Source: a virus (taxonomy: Duplodnaviria; Caudoviricetes). From it: a DNA stretch of 47,018 bases. Below, one piece after another: positions 25,006-34,117 of this stretch. A model generated the notes under the pieces. That model saw only the letters and a list, made by a program, of their open reading frames with translations. It was not told the origin of the DNA and ran no database searches. The stretch lies in the IMG/VR virus record IMGVR_UViG_3300005611_000050, positions 1 to 47,018 of that record; one strand, 5' to 3'. Position 1 is the stretch's first letter; the number at the start of each line of letters is the position of its first letter. A program made the position numbers and the translations under genes.

Positions 25006-25226
25006 AGACGCGCATCCATGTGAATCAGCACGCCATTCGGCATAACACAAAGTGTGATGTCGAAGATCAGGTTCCTGTGCTGACAGTCAAGACGTACAAA
25101 GAGAATCGGAAGTGCAACAGGGTCGAGGTCCAAGGTCCAAGTACCGTGGTTTATTCTCCGGATAAACCACTATCCTGTGGCGCGAAGGTGTGGATAGAAA
25201 CAGAAGCGGAGGTGATCTGTGACTAA
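25002..25226 (+). CDS. Conserved phage protein
   Basis: IHVNQH.I..N ... PLSCGAKVWIET; AGGAGG RBS. Confidence 0.75.
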   Translation: MKTRIHVNQHAIRHNTKCDVEDQVPVLTVKTYKENRKCNRVEVQGPSTVVYSPDKPLSCGAKVWIETEAEVICD

Positions 25227-25398
25227 AGATCAAATGAAAGTGGCGCGGGATCAGTACCCGCATGAAGTGGAGTTGGTCATGTGTGATTTGTACGACAATT
25301 GGACTACATCGCAGTTGGTCAATGAAATGTTGAAGTGGATGCCGAAGTCGGAGTTCATGAAACTGGTTTATCAGATGGAGGGTGAAGGTGAAGTCTAA
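25219..25398 (+). CDS. 59-aa hypothetical protein (missing from ORF track)
   Basis: GGAGG RBS with GTG start; open frame to TAA at 25398. Confidence 0.6.
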   Translation: MTKDQMKVARDQYPHEVELVMCDLYDNWTTSQLVNEMLKWMPKSEFMKLVYQMEGEGEV

Positions 25399-25528
25399 AA
25401 GCAAGGTATCGACATATACACCTTTTAGCCCAAGGGGTAAGAAGATGAAAACGATGAAAGATTCGTTAACAAGCAAACACGCGGGCAATGGTAAATCTAA
25501 AAGGAAAAAGAAACGTGGAAAAAGATAA
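25388..25528 (+). CDS. 46-aa basic peptide (missing from ORF track)
   Basis: GGAGG RBS with GTG start; ends KSKRKKKRGKR. Confidence 0.45.
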   Translation: MKSKSKVSTYTPFSPRGKKMKTMKDSLTSKHAGNGKSKRKKKRGKR

Positions 25529-25721
25529 CAGAGGCGCGATCTGGGGTAACGCGCATAAGAAGAAAGATACCCATCCGGATTTCACTGGCAACGCGATGAT
25601 TGACGGTGTCGAGTACAAAATCGCTGCATGGAAGCGCAAGCCGCAGGCTAGTGCAAAGGCTCCGAGCTTGACGTTTAGTTTCGAGAAAATCGAGGAGCAA
25701 GTTAATGCCGATGATCTATAA
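25515..25721 (+). CDS. Small DUF736-like putative ssDNA-binding protein
   Basis: KKKDTHPDFTG...IDG.EY.IAAW; GTG start after AAGGA. Confidence 0.6.
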   Translation: MEKDNRGAIWGNAHKKKDTHPDFTGNAMIDGVEYKIAAWKRKPQASAKAPSLTFSFEKIEEQVNADDL

Positions 25722-25920
25722 GGTCCGCAATGAATTGGAAAAAACCCAGTGGTTCAGTGCGTCGCACCCGCAGGCTCGCAAGATTCTGTTGGAGCAAGGC
25801 GAGAATGCAACGCTCGAGCAACTCGAGTACCAATATAAGTGGCAGTTGGTCGTGATGATGAACGAAGCTTATTTGGAGGGTCGAGATGACGGGGCCAAGG
25901 AGCTAGCAGAATGTTCTTAA
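25705..25920 (+). CDS. Hypothetical protein
   Basis: GAGGAG RBS; 71 aa. Confidence 0.65.
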   Translation: MPMIYKVRNELEKTQWFSASHPQARKILLEQGENATLEQLEYQYKWQLVVMMNEAYLEGRDDGAKELAECS

Positions 25921-26120
25921 TGGTTTGGACCGAGTGCCATGAAGGTGAGGGCGGCAAGGCCGAGTACGAAGACCATTGGTTGCCATATGACACCTATCAG
26001 GAGGCGGTGAATAACTACGACAAATTGGTCGATATGGAGGAGGTGTATAGCGCGAGCATATGCCAAGTGATTGAGTCAACCGATTATGAGGGAGTGAGAC
26101 CAGAAGATGGCGAAGTTTAG
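25911..26120 (+). CDS. Acidic hypothetical protein
   Basis: AAGGAG RBS; 69 aa. Confidence 0.65.
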   Translation: MFLMVWTECHEGEGGKAEYEDHWLPYDTYQEAVNNYDKLVDMEEVYSASICQVIESTDYEGVRPEDGEV

Positions 26121-26313
26121 AGTGATGGTACGCGAGACGTACATTATGACTCACGAGGCTGAGTCACCTGCTCAAGCAGGGGAGAAAGCGATGGAGTGTA
26201 TGAACGATCATCCGGATCAGCATATTTTTATGCAGGAGATGCAGTTCGTACCAATCGATGAGAGCGAGGATTCGGAATGGGAAGACGTCCCGCAATCGAA
26301 AGAGATGCATTAA
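26107..26313 (+). CDS. Acidic hypothetical protein
   Basis: 68 aa; overlaps the upstream gene. Confidence 0.65.
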   Translation: MAKFRVMVRETYIMTHEAESPAQAGEKAMECMNDHPDQHIFMQEMQFVPIDESEDSEWEDVPQSKEMH

Positions 26314-26495
26314 GTGGTGCGTTAACCACAGAGTGCGCGGCAATGTGGTACGCGTTTCTGGCTGAAGAGGCTTACTTTGACGGTGACCTGGGGTCGCACG
26401 ATGAGTTTATATCTAAGGCACAGACTCTGAGCCGCAATCCGCAGGGCTATTTACATAGCCAAGTATTAGAAACAGCAATTAAAAAACTGAGGTAG
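26277..26495 (+). CDS. Hypothetical protein (start uncertain)
   Basis: Fills the gap in the operon. Confidence 0.45.
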   Translation: MGRRPAIERDALSGALTTECAAMWYAFLAEEAYFDGDLGSHDEFISKAQTLSRNPQGYLHSQVLETAIKKLR

Positions 26496-26500
26496 TAACA

Positions 26501-26755
26501 ATGGAAAATTATGAGCAAGAGTATAAGCAGCAAATCGCCAAGCATAACAAGCGTGTACGGTCGATTCGTAATACGCGTCTGTCGAAGGCTGACGTGAAGT
26601 GCATTGACGATATGATCAGCAAAGGGTTCCAGATCCAAGATACGCTGACCGAGAGCGTCATGTGGGGATCAAACTTCCTGACGATGGAAGATGTGATGGA
26701 GTTCACAGAAGCGTTGCGTAACTTTAATTCACAGTTTACGGAGCGTAAGAAATGA
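26501..26755 (+). CDS. Hypothetical protein
   Basis: GAGG RBS; 84 aa. Confidence 0.7.
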   Translation: MENYEQEYKQQIAKHNKRVRSIRNTRLSKADVKCIDDMISKGFQIQDTLTESVMWGSNFLTMEDVMEFTEALRNFNSQFTERKK

Positions 26756-27078
26756 GCAAGATGGGAGATTGGGTGATCGAGTTGACCCATGACAAAGTTG
26801 ATCTGACTCGAGAGCAGTTCACCGCCAAACATGGCGAGATGTTTGCATATATTTATGATGAACAATTGGGTATAATTCCAACGGTTCGCAGGACAGAAAC
26901 AAGGAGTTACAATAATGCCGAAGAAGTTACCGGAAAGACCCAAGACAACCGACAGAAGCCAGTACCGTACAGTCGCACTCCCATATTACGAGTACGAAAT
27001 GCTAAGGGAAATGGCCGAAGCGGATCACAGGTCAATCGCACGTCAGCTCGGAATGTATATACAAGAGATATACGCTGA
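26752..27078 (+). CDS. Hypothetical protein; C-terminal half overlaps the RHH gene
   Basis: ATGA overlap and GGAG RBS; starts MSKMGDWV. Confidence 0.55.
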   Translation: MSKMGDWVIELTHDKVDLTREQFTAKHGEMFAYIYDEQLGIIPTVRRTETRSYNNAEEVTGKTQDNRQKPVPYSRTPILRVRNAKGNGRSGSQVNRTSARNVYTRDIR

Positions 27079-27094
27079 ACGTAACAGTGCCTGA
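26915..27094 (+). CDS. Ribbon-helix-helix (Arc/CopG-like) DNA-binding protein (missing from ORF track)
   Basis: AAGGAG RBS; YRTVALP.YEYEML.EMA....RSIARQL; followed by a terminator. Confidence 0.7.
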   Translation: MPKKLPERPKTTDRSQYRTVALPYYEYEMLREMAEADHRSIARQLGMYIQEIYAERNSA

Positions 27095-27106
27095 CGAGAT
27101 TAAATG

Positions 27107-27131
27107 GGCCGGTGTCATCATCGGCCTTTTT
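27107..27131 (+). terminator. Intrinsic terminator
   Basis: GGCCGGTG-TCAT-CATCGGCC followed by T5. Confidence 0.75.
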
Positions 27132-27174
27132 AATTTGGTATATTTTGCATGGGCATTCACGCAGATATACATCA

Positions 27175-27387
27175 ATGTCAGAAATGATACACAAACTTGC
27201 CACAAAGGCGGGAATTGTAAAGAACGATCACCACGTTGAAACAATGGAATTGATAGGCGGGCGTGGGTACGTTGCAAATCTTAAAGAATTAACTGAGTTC
27301 GCAAGGTTAGTGGGCCAAGTTGCGAGAGCCGATGAGCGGAGGAAATATGAAAGACCCGATGACACCCCCAGTACCGATGATGGCTGA
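27175..27387 (+). CDS. Hypothetical protein
   Basis: MSEMIHKLA.KAG...L.EFARLV; weak RBS. Confidence 0.55.
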   Translation: MSEMIHKLATKAGIVKNDHHVETMELIGGRGYVANLKELTEFARLVGQVARADERRKYERPDDTPSTDDG

Positions 27388-27652
27388 TGAGTTAGCTAAC
27401 CTCGATAAACTAAGGGAATACATGAGCGACACTGAGTACCAGCAGTACTTGGAAAAGCGTGCGATTGAAGCCTTGATTAAGTACCGAGCATCGAGTGATT
27501 TGAAGGCATTAGAAGAGATGCAGTTTTTTATGCACCGCATCACGCATGAGATCTTCTTAGGGATCAAGAAGACCAAGGAGCATGAGACGACGCAGGAGCA
27601 GATCAATCGGTTGAATATTCTGGCGTCGATGCAGGAAGGGTATGACGGTTAG
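27347..27652 (+). CDS. Hypothetical protein
   Basis: GGAGG RBS before ATG at 27347. Confidence 0.65.
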   Translation: MKDPMTPPVPMMADELANLDKLREYMSDTEYQQYLEKRAIEALIKYRASSDLKALEEMQFFMHRITHEIFLGIKKTKEHETTQEQINRLNILASMQEGYDG

Positions 27653-29265
27653 TCCATCCACCCATCGCGACGGTATTGTTTGATTACTTCAACGATACCA
27701 CCTTTAGCAAACTTCATTTCACCTTGAACTTCAGCTCGGTCAGGCCATTCAAGAACGTAATGTTCTGACATCTGAGTGCCACCTTTCTGGTCGTAACTTG
27801 GCACCTCAATCTTGCGGAAGCTGTATCCTTCACCGAGGTCTTTGACCGTGCTATTCAAAAGTTTCTTGACGTTAGAGTCCGAGTATCGAACACCACCGGC
27901 AGATGTGAACTTGTTTGGTAGGACCACACCATCAGCACCGCGCTCCATTGCCGAAGCGACAGCACCTTTCAAGACAGAAGACTTGAGTGGCATATCATCC
28001 TTGGACATATTCGGGTAGAGGTCAGGTGACTTATCAAAATCCTTGTTAGTGAATTTGACATTCTGTCCCCAACCTTCCAATGACTGTGTCTCTGGATCAG
28101 CCTTGCGTGCTTGAGCAAACATATCCGATTGGATTTCTGTCAACCGCATATACGGCCTGCCACCAACATCAATATCTGCGAAGCGAGCAAAACCGACAGG
28201 AGTATTCTTTGGCATCTCGCCACTAAGAACTTCGCGCTCTCGAGCAACCGCAATAGCTTTCTGCCGGAGCCAGTCGCTGTTTTCTTCAAGCCATTCACTG
28301 ATTCGAGCAGGACTTTCATCTACTATGTCAGGGAATTTTTTCTCGAAATCGGCAGGCATACCTTTGGCAACATCACCGAAGCGGATTGCATCGATCAGCT
28401 CCTCTTCAGCATTTGAAACTGCGGCACCGCGTCGCGCAATCTCTGAAGCACTGAGGCCATTGTCACCACCAAGAAACATTGTGTCGTGACTGTCACTGAT
28501 TGCACCCGTGTACTTACCACCGGATGCACGATACACATCATCTGTTGGGACAGTGACGCGGACGATACCGAGATTGTCACCAGTCATATTGTCAACTGCG
28601 TTGTAGCGCAACATCCCTTCTGGGCTTGGCTCGACGTGACTGACTTGTAGATTCTGGAAGGCAGGATGCTCTGACTTGAATTTCACGTTAACGTCAGTAA
28701 CCCAGTCCTTATATCTTTTTCCGGGGGCTTCGACGAGTGTCTTCTGTTTGCGAAGGTCTTCCGCACCTTTAAGGAATGCGGATACAGTCCCAGGTTCGGG
28801 GGCCAAGGCACCAATACCTTCTGCCGCTACACCTCTGGCAAGTGGGGCAGCCCCTGCAAGCGCGACCGTTGGGTCCATGCCTGCGTCGATACGTTCTTGA
28901 ACAACTTCAGCAGATGTCAGTGGGCGGAGTTCACCATCCACCACTTCCATTTGTCCGGGGCGAAGAGTCGTTGAGCCAACCATGCGTTGACCCATCTCAT
29001 CGAGCATAGGAGAAACTTTTTCGTAAGTGCCGACAGGGTCTTTGATTGCACTGGCAATTCCTTTCCCGCCCGCGGCAATTGCCTCGAACAAACCCGGGAC
29101 AGCAAGCTCACGCTCACCTGTCTCGAGGTTCATTGGGTATGGGTTTAAGGCTTCAATCCCAGCCTCTACAACCTTAGATACTCCACTGATTGGCATTCCC
29201 TTTGGGAAGATGCCGCGTTCATATCTTGGGGCCGGGGCCGACGGTGCGCCTTGCTTCTCTGCCAT
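27649..29265 (-). CDS. 538-aa probable virion-associated protein (EIQSD motif, C-terminal FAKGGIV)
   Basis: Long ORF; F.RF.D......RLTEIQSD motif recalled from large phage polyvalent/internal proteins. Confidence 0.7.
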   Translation of the reverse strand: MAEKQGAPSAPAPRYERGIFPKGMPISGVSKVVEAGIEALNPYPMNLETGERELAVPGLFEAIAAGGKGIASAIKDPVGTYEKVSPMLDEMGQRMVGSTTLRPGQMEVVDGELRPLTSAEVVQERIDAGMDPTVALAGAAPLARGVAAEGIGALAPEPGTVSAFLKGAEDLRKQKTLVEAPGKRYKDWVTDVNVKFKSEHPAFQNLQVSHVEPSPEGMLRYNAVDNMTGDNLGIVRVTVPTDDVYRASGGKYTGAISDSHDTMFLGGDNGLSASEIARRGAAVSNAEEELIDAIRFGDVAKGMPADFEKKFPDIVDESPARISEWLEENSDWLRQKAIAVAREREVLSGEMPKNTPVGFARFADIDVGGRPYMRLTEIQSDMFAQARKADPETQSLEGWGQNVKFTNKDFDKSPDLYPNMSKDDMPLKSSVLKGAVASAMERGADGVVLPNKFTSAGGVRYSDSNVKKLLNSTVKDLGEGYSFRKIEVPSYDQKGGTQMSEHYVLEWPDRAEVQGEMKFAKGGIVEVIKQYRRDGWMD

Positions 29266-29455
29266 TGCGAGTCTTCTTTGAAAAATCTACACGCATTATG
29301 TTATCGCGATTCAGCCCTCGAAGGAATGACTCCGCAATATCTTTGTCCAAGCCAGTGACCCCCATTAACTTGGTCACAGCCTGATCCAAGTTCCGAAGTC
29401 CCTGCTTATATTCCCAAGAGATTTCCATCATCTTGTCGGTTTGATTGTCAGCCAT
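29219..29455 (-). CDS. Hypothetical helical protein
   Basis: 78 aa between the helicase and the 538-aa gene. Confidence 0.6.
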   Translation of the reverse strand: MADNQTDKMMEISWEYKQGLRNLDQAVTKLMGVTGLDKDIAESFLRGLNRDNIMRVDFSKKTRNGREARRTVGPGPKI

Positions 29456-30894
29456 TTTCTTGCTTCCTCTCCTAGTACTTTTGCTCCGAGATCAATCTTA
29501 TTCCGGAGTGCCTGCACAATCTGTTCATCGATTGTGTTATCTGTAATCAGGTCAATGTATGTGACCGGATTCTTCTGACCGATACGGTGGCATCGATCTT
29601 CTGATTGGATGCGCGTCTCGAGGTTAAAGTCGTTTGCGTAATAGATTACGGTGTTCGCTTCTGTCAGTGTCAGACCGTAGCCTGCTGTTGCTGGGTTGCC
29701 GATAAAGAAACGTAATCCTGAATTGGGATCTTGGAACTTGGTGACAATCTCCTGCCGCTCATCATCACGGGTGTCTCCGTAGTACGATGCAACGGACTCT
29801 TCCCCGTACTCTTCAGCAATCATTTGTGATAACTGTTGGATATCGTACCTGAACCGTGACCAAAGGATCACCTTCCCCGTAGTCTCTTCCAAGATATCTT
29901 TCACTGCATCAAGACGTTTGGTTGGCAGTGTGACCATGTCTCCATTGTCTGTCTTCAAATGCCCTGACAATATTTGTTGCAGTCTGAGCATCTGCGTCAT
30001 GATGTTTTGTGCAGTGACCAACTCTCCACTATCGAGAAGAGTTAAGGCATCTTGCCTGATCTCGTTGTACATCTTAATCTGGTCATCAGTCATCGAAACG
30101 TACCGGATAGTGTACGCTTTGTCCGGCAGATCGAGGCAGTCCTTTTTGAGTACTCGATAGGAGAAGTTGCTTACTTTGTCTGTCAATTCTTCGAGATGGC
30201 GGAAGCCAACAATCTCGTTGAAGTTATGCGCTCCAAACTGACGACGTTGCATGATGGCGTACCGATTCTGGTATGCATAGAAACTATCGAAGCCCAAGGT
30301 CTGAGGTCCGAGGAACTCGAACTGTGAGAACAGATCCATTGGCGAGCGCGTGACAGGGGAGCCGGTCAAGAGCCTGCGGTATTTAAATTCCTGTGAGACC
30401 TTGAGCAGTGCCTTGGTCCGTTTGGCTTTTGGATTCTTGATCGTGGTTGATTCATCGATAGCGATCAGACCAGATCGACCAAAGTTCTTAGCCAACCAGA
30501 GCCCAGCCATCTGTCCTTTCTTTGACGAGAATGCTTCGACGTTCATGACAAAGATTGTCAATCCATCAAAGGCATCTTTGACTGAGCGCATCTCTTCCTG
30601 TTGTTTTTTATTTGGCCCTGACACCCAACGTATAACGCGTCGCGGTACATGATCAGATAAATGCTGTGGGATTTCTTTGGTCACCCAGTTTCGATACACA
30701 CCCTTGGGTGCAATGATCAAAGCAAAGTTCACATTTTTGCTAACGTGCAATTGACCGAGGTTATCGATAAGAGCTTTTGATTTGCCAGTTCCCATTTCCA
30801 TCAGGAAGGCAAATGCATTACGCTCACCTGCCTGCTTGATTGCTTCCCTCTGATGTTCATATGGCTCTGTTTTAAATTCGTAGTTGACAGCCAC
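29428..30894 (-). CDS. SNF2-family (SF2) helicase
   Basis: MEMGTGKS, IDES, LLTGSP, GYGLTLT and QSEDRCHRIGQ; GTG start after a TGGAGGAC RBS. Confidence 0.92.
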   Translation of the reverse strand: MAVNYEFKTEPYEHQREAIKQAGERNAFAFLMEMGTGKSKALIDNLGQLHVSKNVNFALIIAPKGVYRNWVTKEIPQHLSDHVPRRVIRWVSGPNKKQQEEMRSVKDAFDGLTIFVMNVEAFSSKKGQMAGLWLAKNFGRSGLIAIDESTTIKNPKAKRTKALLKVSQEFKYRRLLTGSPVTRSPMDLFSQFEFLGPQTLGFDSFYAYQNRYAIMQRRQFGAHNFNEIVGFRHLEELTDKVSNFSYRVLKKDCLDLPDKAYTIRYVSMTDDQIKMYNEIRQDALTLLDSGELVTAQNIMTQMLRLQQILSGHLKTDNGDMVTLPTKRLDAVKDILEETTGKVILWSRFRYDIQQLSQMIAEEYGEESVASYYGDTRDDERQEIVTKFQDPNSGLRFFIGNPATAGYGLTLTEANTVIYYANDFNLETRIQSEDRCHRIGQKNPVTYIDLITDNTIDEQIVQALRNKIDLGAKVLGEEARKWLTIKPTR

Positions 30895-30984
30895 TTTGTC
30901 CTCCATTAATGTTGCATTGTGTTCGATACATTATCATATGTTTTCGATCATGCAAACTCACTTAAACCTGAAGAGGACAAACTT

Positions 30985-31542
30985 ATGACTGAGTTCTTTG
31001 AACAGATGTTCGATGCCGCCGACGATCTATCGTCTGTAGACACCGACTCGACTAAAGCACTATCCAATTTGGTTCGGCAGTTAGAAGGTGTTGTAAGCGA
31101 CATCGACGAAGCTGAACTGCACCTGAAGAAACTGAAGCAAGAGAAGCATCGCTTGTCTATGGAAGCCATCCCGGCACTTATGGATGAGATGGATGTGAGC
31201 CGACTTGATGTTGGTGATGTGACAGTTGCATTGAAGCCGTTTGTTTCTGCATCGATCCCTGCTGATCGAAAGCAAGAAGCATATGAGTGGCTTCGAGACC
31301 ACGGACTGGATGACATAATTAAAAACGATGTAATTTTGTCCTTCGGTCGCGGGGAAGACGACACCGCAAACAAGATCATGTTGGACCTTGAGAACAAAGG
31401 GTTTCACCCTGAGTCCAAGACTCACATTCATGCAATGACACTGAAAGCTTTTGTTAAAGAGCGTGTCGAATCCGGAAAGCCAATTGACCTCGACTTATTC
31501 GGGGCCTTTGTCGCTAAAACCGCAGATATTAAGAGGAAGTAA
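30985..31542 (+). CDS. Conserved replication-module protein
   Basis: GAGG RBS; IP.LM.E...A..WLR..G..DIIKN...H..TLKAFVKE. Confidence 0.75.
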   Translation: MTEFFEQMFDAADDLSSVDTDSTKALSNLVRQLEGVVSDIDEAELHLKKLKQEKHRLSMEAIPALMDEMDVSRLDVGDVTVALKPFVSASIPADRKQEAYEWLRDHGLDDIIKNDVILSFGRGEDDTANKIMLDLENKGFHPESKTHIHAMTLKAFVKERVESGKPIDLDLFGAFVAKTADIKRK

Positions 31543-31544
31543 TC

Positions 31545-32342
31545 ATGGCAACATCTAAAGCCGTAGCAGCGAAAGCTGAAGCTCAACTGCCTAGTGCAGA
31601 CGTAATGGACCTGTTAGCAGGTCATGAAGGGGAAGGTCTCGACTACGATACCTCCGAACTCCAGATTCCTTTTATCCGGATCATCCAAGCGATGTCTCCG
31701 CAGATCAAGAAGTCTGATCCTGCATTCATTGCAGGCGCGTCGCAGGGTGATGTGTTCAACACAGTCACTGGCGAATATTGGGAAGGCGAAGGTGGCATTA
31801 CTGTCGTCCCTTGCTATCAGGAAACAAAGTACCTGAAGTTCAAGCCCCGCGAGCAGGGTGGTGGATTCATGGGCGAACTCAAAAAGGACGACCCAGACAT
31901 CAGCCGCACTCAGCGCAGTGGCTCGAAGGAGATCCTTCCCGACGGTAACGAACTGGTCAAGTCTGACCAACACTATGTCATTGTCCTTGATGAGGACGGG
32001 ATTCCAGGGTTTGGTATCGTAGACATGAAGTCATCAGCACTGAAAGTCTCACGTCGCTGGAAAACTCAACTCAAAATGCTGACGGTAAAACACCCGAAGA
32101 CAGGGCAACTTGTCTCTCCTCCTTTGTTCGGAACACAGTGGAAGCTGTCTGTTGTTGAAGAATCGAACGACCAAGGTTCGTGGTTCAACTGGACGGTAGC
32201 CAATGACGGTTTCGTTCAAGACAAAGAGTTGCTCGAAGCAGCAATGAATTTCCGTAAATCAGTAATGGCTGGAGAAGCGAAAGCTGTCGCCGAAGATGTG
32301 GTCGATACGCCGCACGGACAGACAGAAGAAGCCCCCTTCTAA
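31545..32342 (+). CDS. Single-stranded DNA-binding protein (putative)
   Basis: 265 aa; IPFI.I.Q..SPQ motif; acidic tail ending EEAPF; upstream of primase. Confidence 0.6.
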   Translation: MATSKAVAAKAEAQLPSADVMDLLAGHEGEGLDYDTSELQIPFIRIIQAMSPQIKKSDPAFIAGASQGDVFNTVTGEYWEGEGGITVVPCYQETKYLKFKPREQGGGFMGELKKDDPDISRTQRSGSKEILPDGNELVKSDQHYVIVLDEDGIPGFGIVDMKSSALKVSRRWKTQLKMLTVKHPKTGQLVSPPLFGTQWKLSVVEESNDQGSWFNWTVANDGFVQDKELLEAAMNFRKSVMAGEAKAVAEDVVDTPHGQTEEAPF

Positions 32343-32349
32343 TCATACT

Positions 32350-32393
32350 TGGGACACAACTTGAAAGGTAGTTTTCATTTTGTGTCCCATTTT
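32350..32393 (+). terminator. Long hairpin between SSB and primase (terminator or processing site)
   Basis: TGGGACACAA/TTGTGTCCCA outer stem, TGAAA/TTTCA inner stem, then T4. Confidence 0.5.
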
Positions 32394-32406
32394 ACGGAAC
32401 TAAGGT

Positions 32407-33945
32407 ATGTCAAACGTAAAACGGTTTATGGCCGCGTTCAAAGGTTCGGATGTGGCACATGGACAAACCCAGATTGGGTCTACAAGAAGAAACGGGAAGA
32501 CTGAAGCAAAAAGTTTCGTGGTCCGAGAGCCGCTGACCGAGGATAAGGTAGCGAAGCACTTGGCCGGTGAACTGGGTGTCGGTGCTATTCCGATCAACAA
32601 CGACAACAATTGTAAGTTCGGTGTGATCGATATCGATACTTATCCGGTGGACCATGCAGGCATAGTGAAGCAGTTGGATGGACTTGGTATCCCGATGGCG
32701 GTGTGCCGGTCAAAGTCTGGCGGTGCTCACCTGTATATGTTCTTCGCCGAGTTCTACCCTGCGTCAGAGATCCGTGAGTTTCTGCAAGAGATTGCTGCGA
32801 CTATTGGATGGTCAGGCAGTGAGCTGTTCCCTAAGCAGGATAAAATCCTATTGGATCGTGGTGACGTGGGTAACTTCATTAACCTGCCATACTTCGATGC
32901 CGAGCAGACAATGCGGTACATGGTTGATGCGGACGGGCAGGACGTATCGTTGGAGGACTTCCTTGACTGGATCGACAAGAACCAGATTAGTTTGTCCGAG
33001 CTTGCAGACTTTCCTATTGGTATGAACCAAGAGTTGTTTGATGACGCACCCCCGTGTGTGCAAACAATGCTGATCAACGGTTTCCCCGAAGGCACTCGAA
33101 ACAAAGGGATGTTCCAGACGGCTATCTATTTAAAGAAGAAATTTCCTGATGGGTGGCAGAAAGAGTTGGAGGCTATCAATCAGAAGCACTGTAACCCACC
33201 GCTCCCTGCGATAGAGATTGTGCAAATACAGTCACAGCATGAGAAAAAGGATTACGGTTTCATGTGTGGCGAAGAGCCCTTCTGCTCGCACTGTAATAAG
33301 CAGCTTTGTAAGCAGAAGAAATTTGGTGTTGGTGGCGGTGGTGGCGGCAGGGTTGATATGCCAAACATCAGCGGCCTGACGATCTTGTTATCAGAGCCCC
33401 GTCTGTACTTCTTGGATGTGGACGGGCATCGCCTGGAGTTATCCACAAAGCAGTTACAGATCCCGATGCAGTTTCAGGAAGCTTGTATGGAGCAGATCAA
33501 CTTCATGCCTCCGACACTGAAGTCTTCCGAGTGGCAACAGATCGTAAACAATTTGTTGCAGAACGCATCGCACATTGAGGTGCCTGAAGAGCTTACTGTG
33601 GCCGGACAGTTTAAAGAATTGCTGCAGATGTTCTGTACATCACGCATCCGCGCTATGTCGCCAGAAGAACTGGAGCTTGGTAAGCCGTGGACCGAGAACG
33701 GTAAAACCTACTTTAAGATCAAAGGACTGCAGGAGTTTTTGTATAACCGAGGATTTACCTCATTAAAACGTCCGCAGATACAAGAACGATTGAAGGACCT
33801 TAATGAAGGCAAAGATTGCCACTCACAATTTAGATACAAAGATGAAAAGAACGAGTGGAAAAATACTAGAGTCTGGTGGGTCCCAGAATTTAAAGATGAA
33901 GAGGTCGTATTACCTGAAGGAGAAACCTATGAAGCACCGTTCTGA
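32407..33945 (+). CDS. Archaeo-eukaryotic-type primase with PriCT-like/Cys-rich domain
   Basis: GVIDID (DxD), RSKSGGAHLY (SxxGxH), GNFINLPY; PPC...EG.RN...C....C..C....C. Confidence 0.85.
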   Translation: MSNVKRFMAAFKGSDVAHGQTQIGSTRRNGKTEAKSFVVREPLTEDKVAKHLAGELGVGAIPINNDNNCKFGVIDIDTYPVDHAGIVKQLDGLGIPMAVCRSKSGGAHLYMFFAEFYPASEIREFLQEIAATIGWSGSELFPKQDKILLDRGDVGNFINLPYFDAEQTMRYMVDADGQDVSLEDFLDWIDKNQISLSELADFPIGMNQELFDDAPPCVQTMLINGFPEGTRNKGMFQTAIYLKKKFPDGWQKELEAINQKHCNPPLPAIEIVQIQSQHEKKDYGFMCGEEPFCSHCNKQLCKQKKFGVGGGGGGRVDMPNISGLTILLSEPRLYFLDVDGHRLELSTKQLQIPMQFQEACMEQINFMPPTLKSSEWQQIVNNLLQNASHIEVPEELTVAGQFKELLQMFCTSRIRAMSPEELELGKPWTENGKTYFKIKGLQEFLYNRGFTSLKRPQIQERLKDLNEGKDCHSQFRYKDEKNEWKNTRVWWVPEFKDEEVVLPEGETYEAPF

Positions 33946-34117
33946 TGACCGTCTGTTAAAGGTGTCGGAGCTTGCCAAATTCCTTGGTGTTGCTCCTTCG
34001 ACGATTTACAGATGGCTAGAGTGTGGCAAGTTGCCACGACCGTTTGAGTTGGGGGAGGCCGCTGTTCGCTGGCGGCTGAGTGAGATTGAGCAATGGTTGG
34101 AGGAGAACCGGCGATGA
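33929..34117 (+). CDS. AlpA/excisionase-like HTH protein
   Basis: AAGGAG RBS; LL.VSELAKFLGVAPSTIYRW...G.LP.P..LG...VRW. Confidence 0.85.
   Translation: MKHRSDDRLLKVSELAKFLGVAPSTIYRWLECGKLPRPFELGEAAVRWRLSEIEQWLEENRR

Noticed and set aside
33929-34117. AlpA/Xis-like gene as proof of a prophage
   Set aside because: No integrase, att site or host genes in the window; such HTH genes also occur in lytic replication modules
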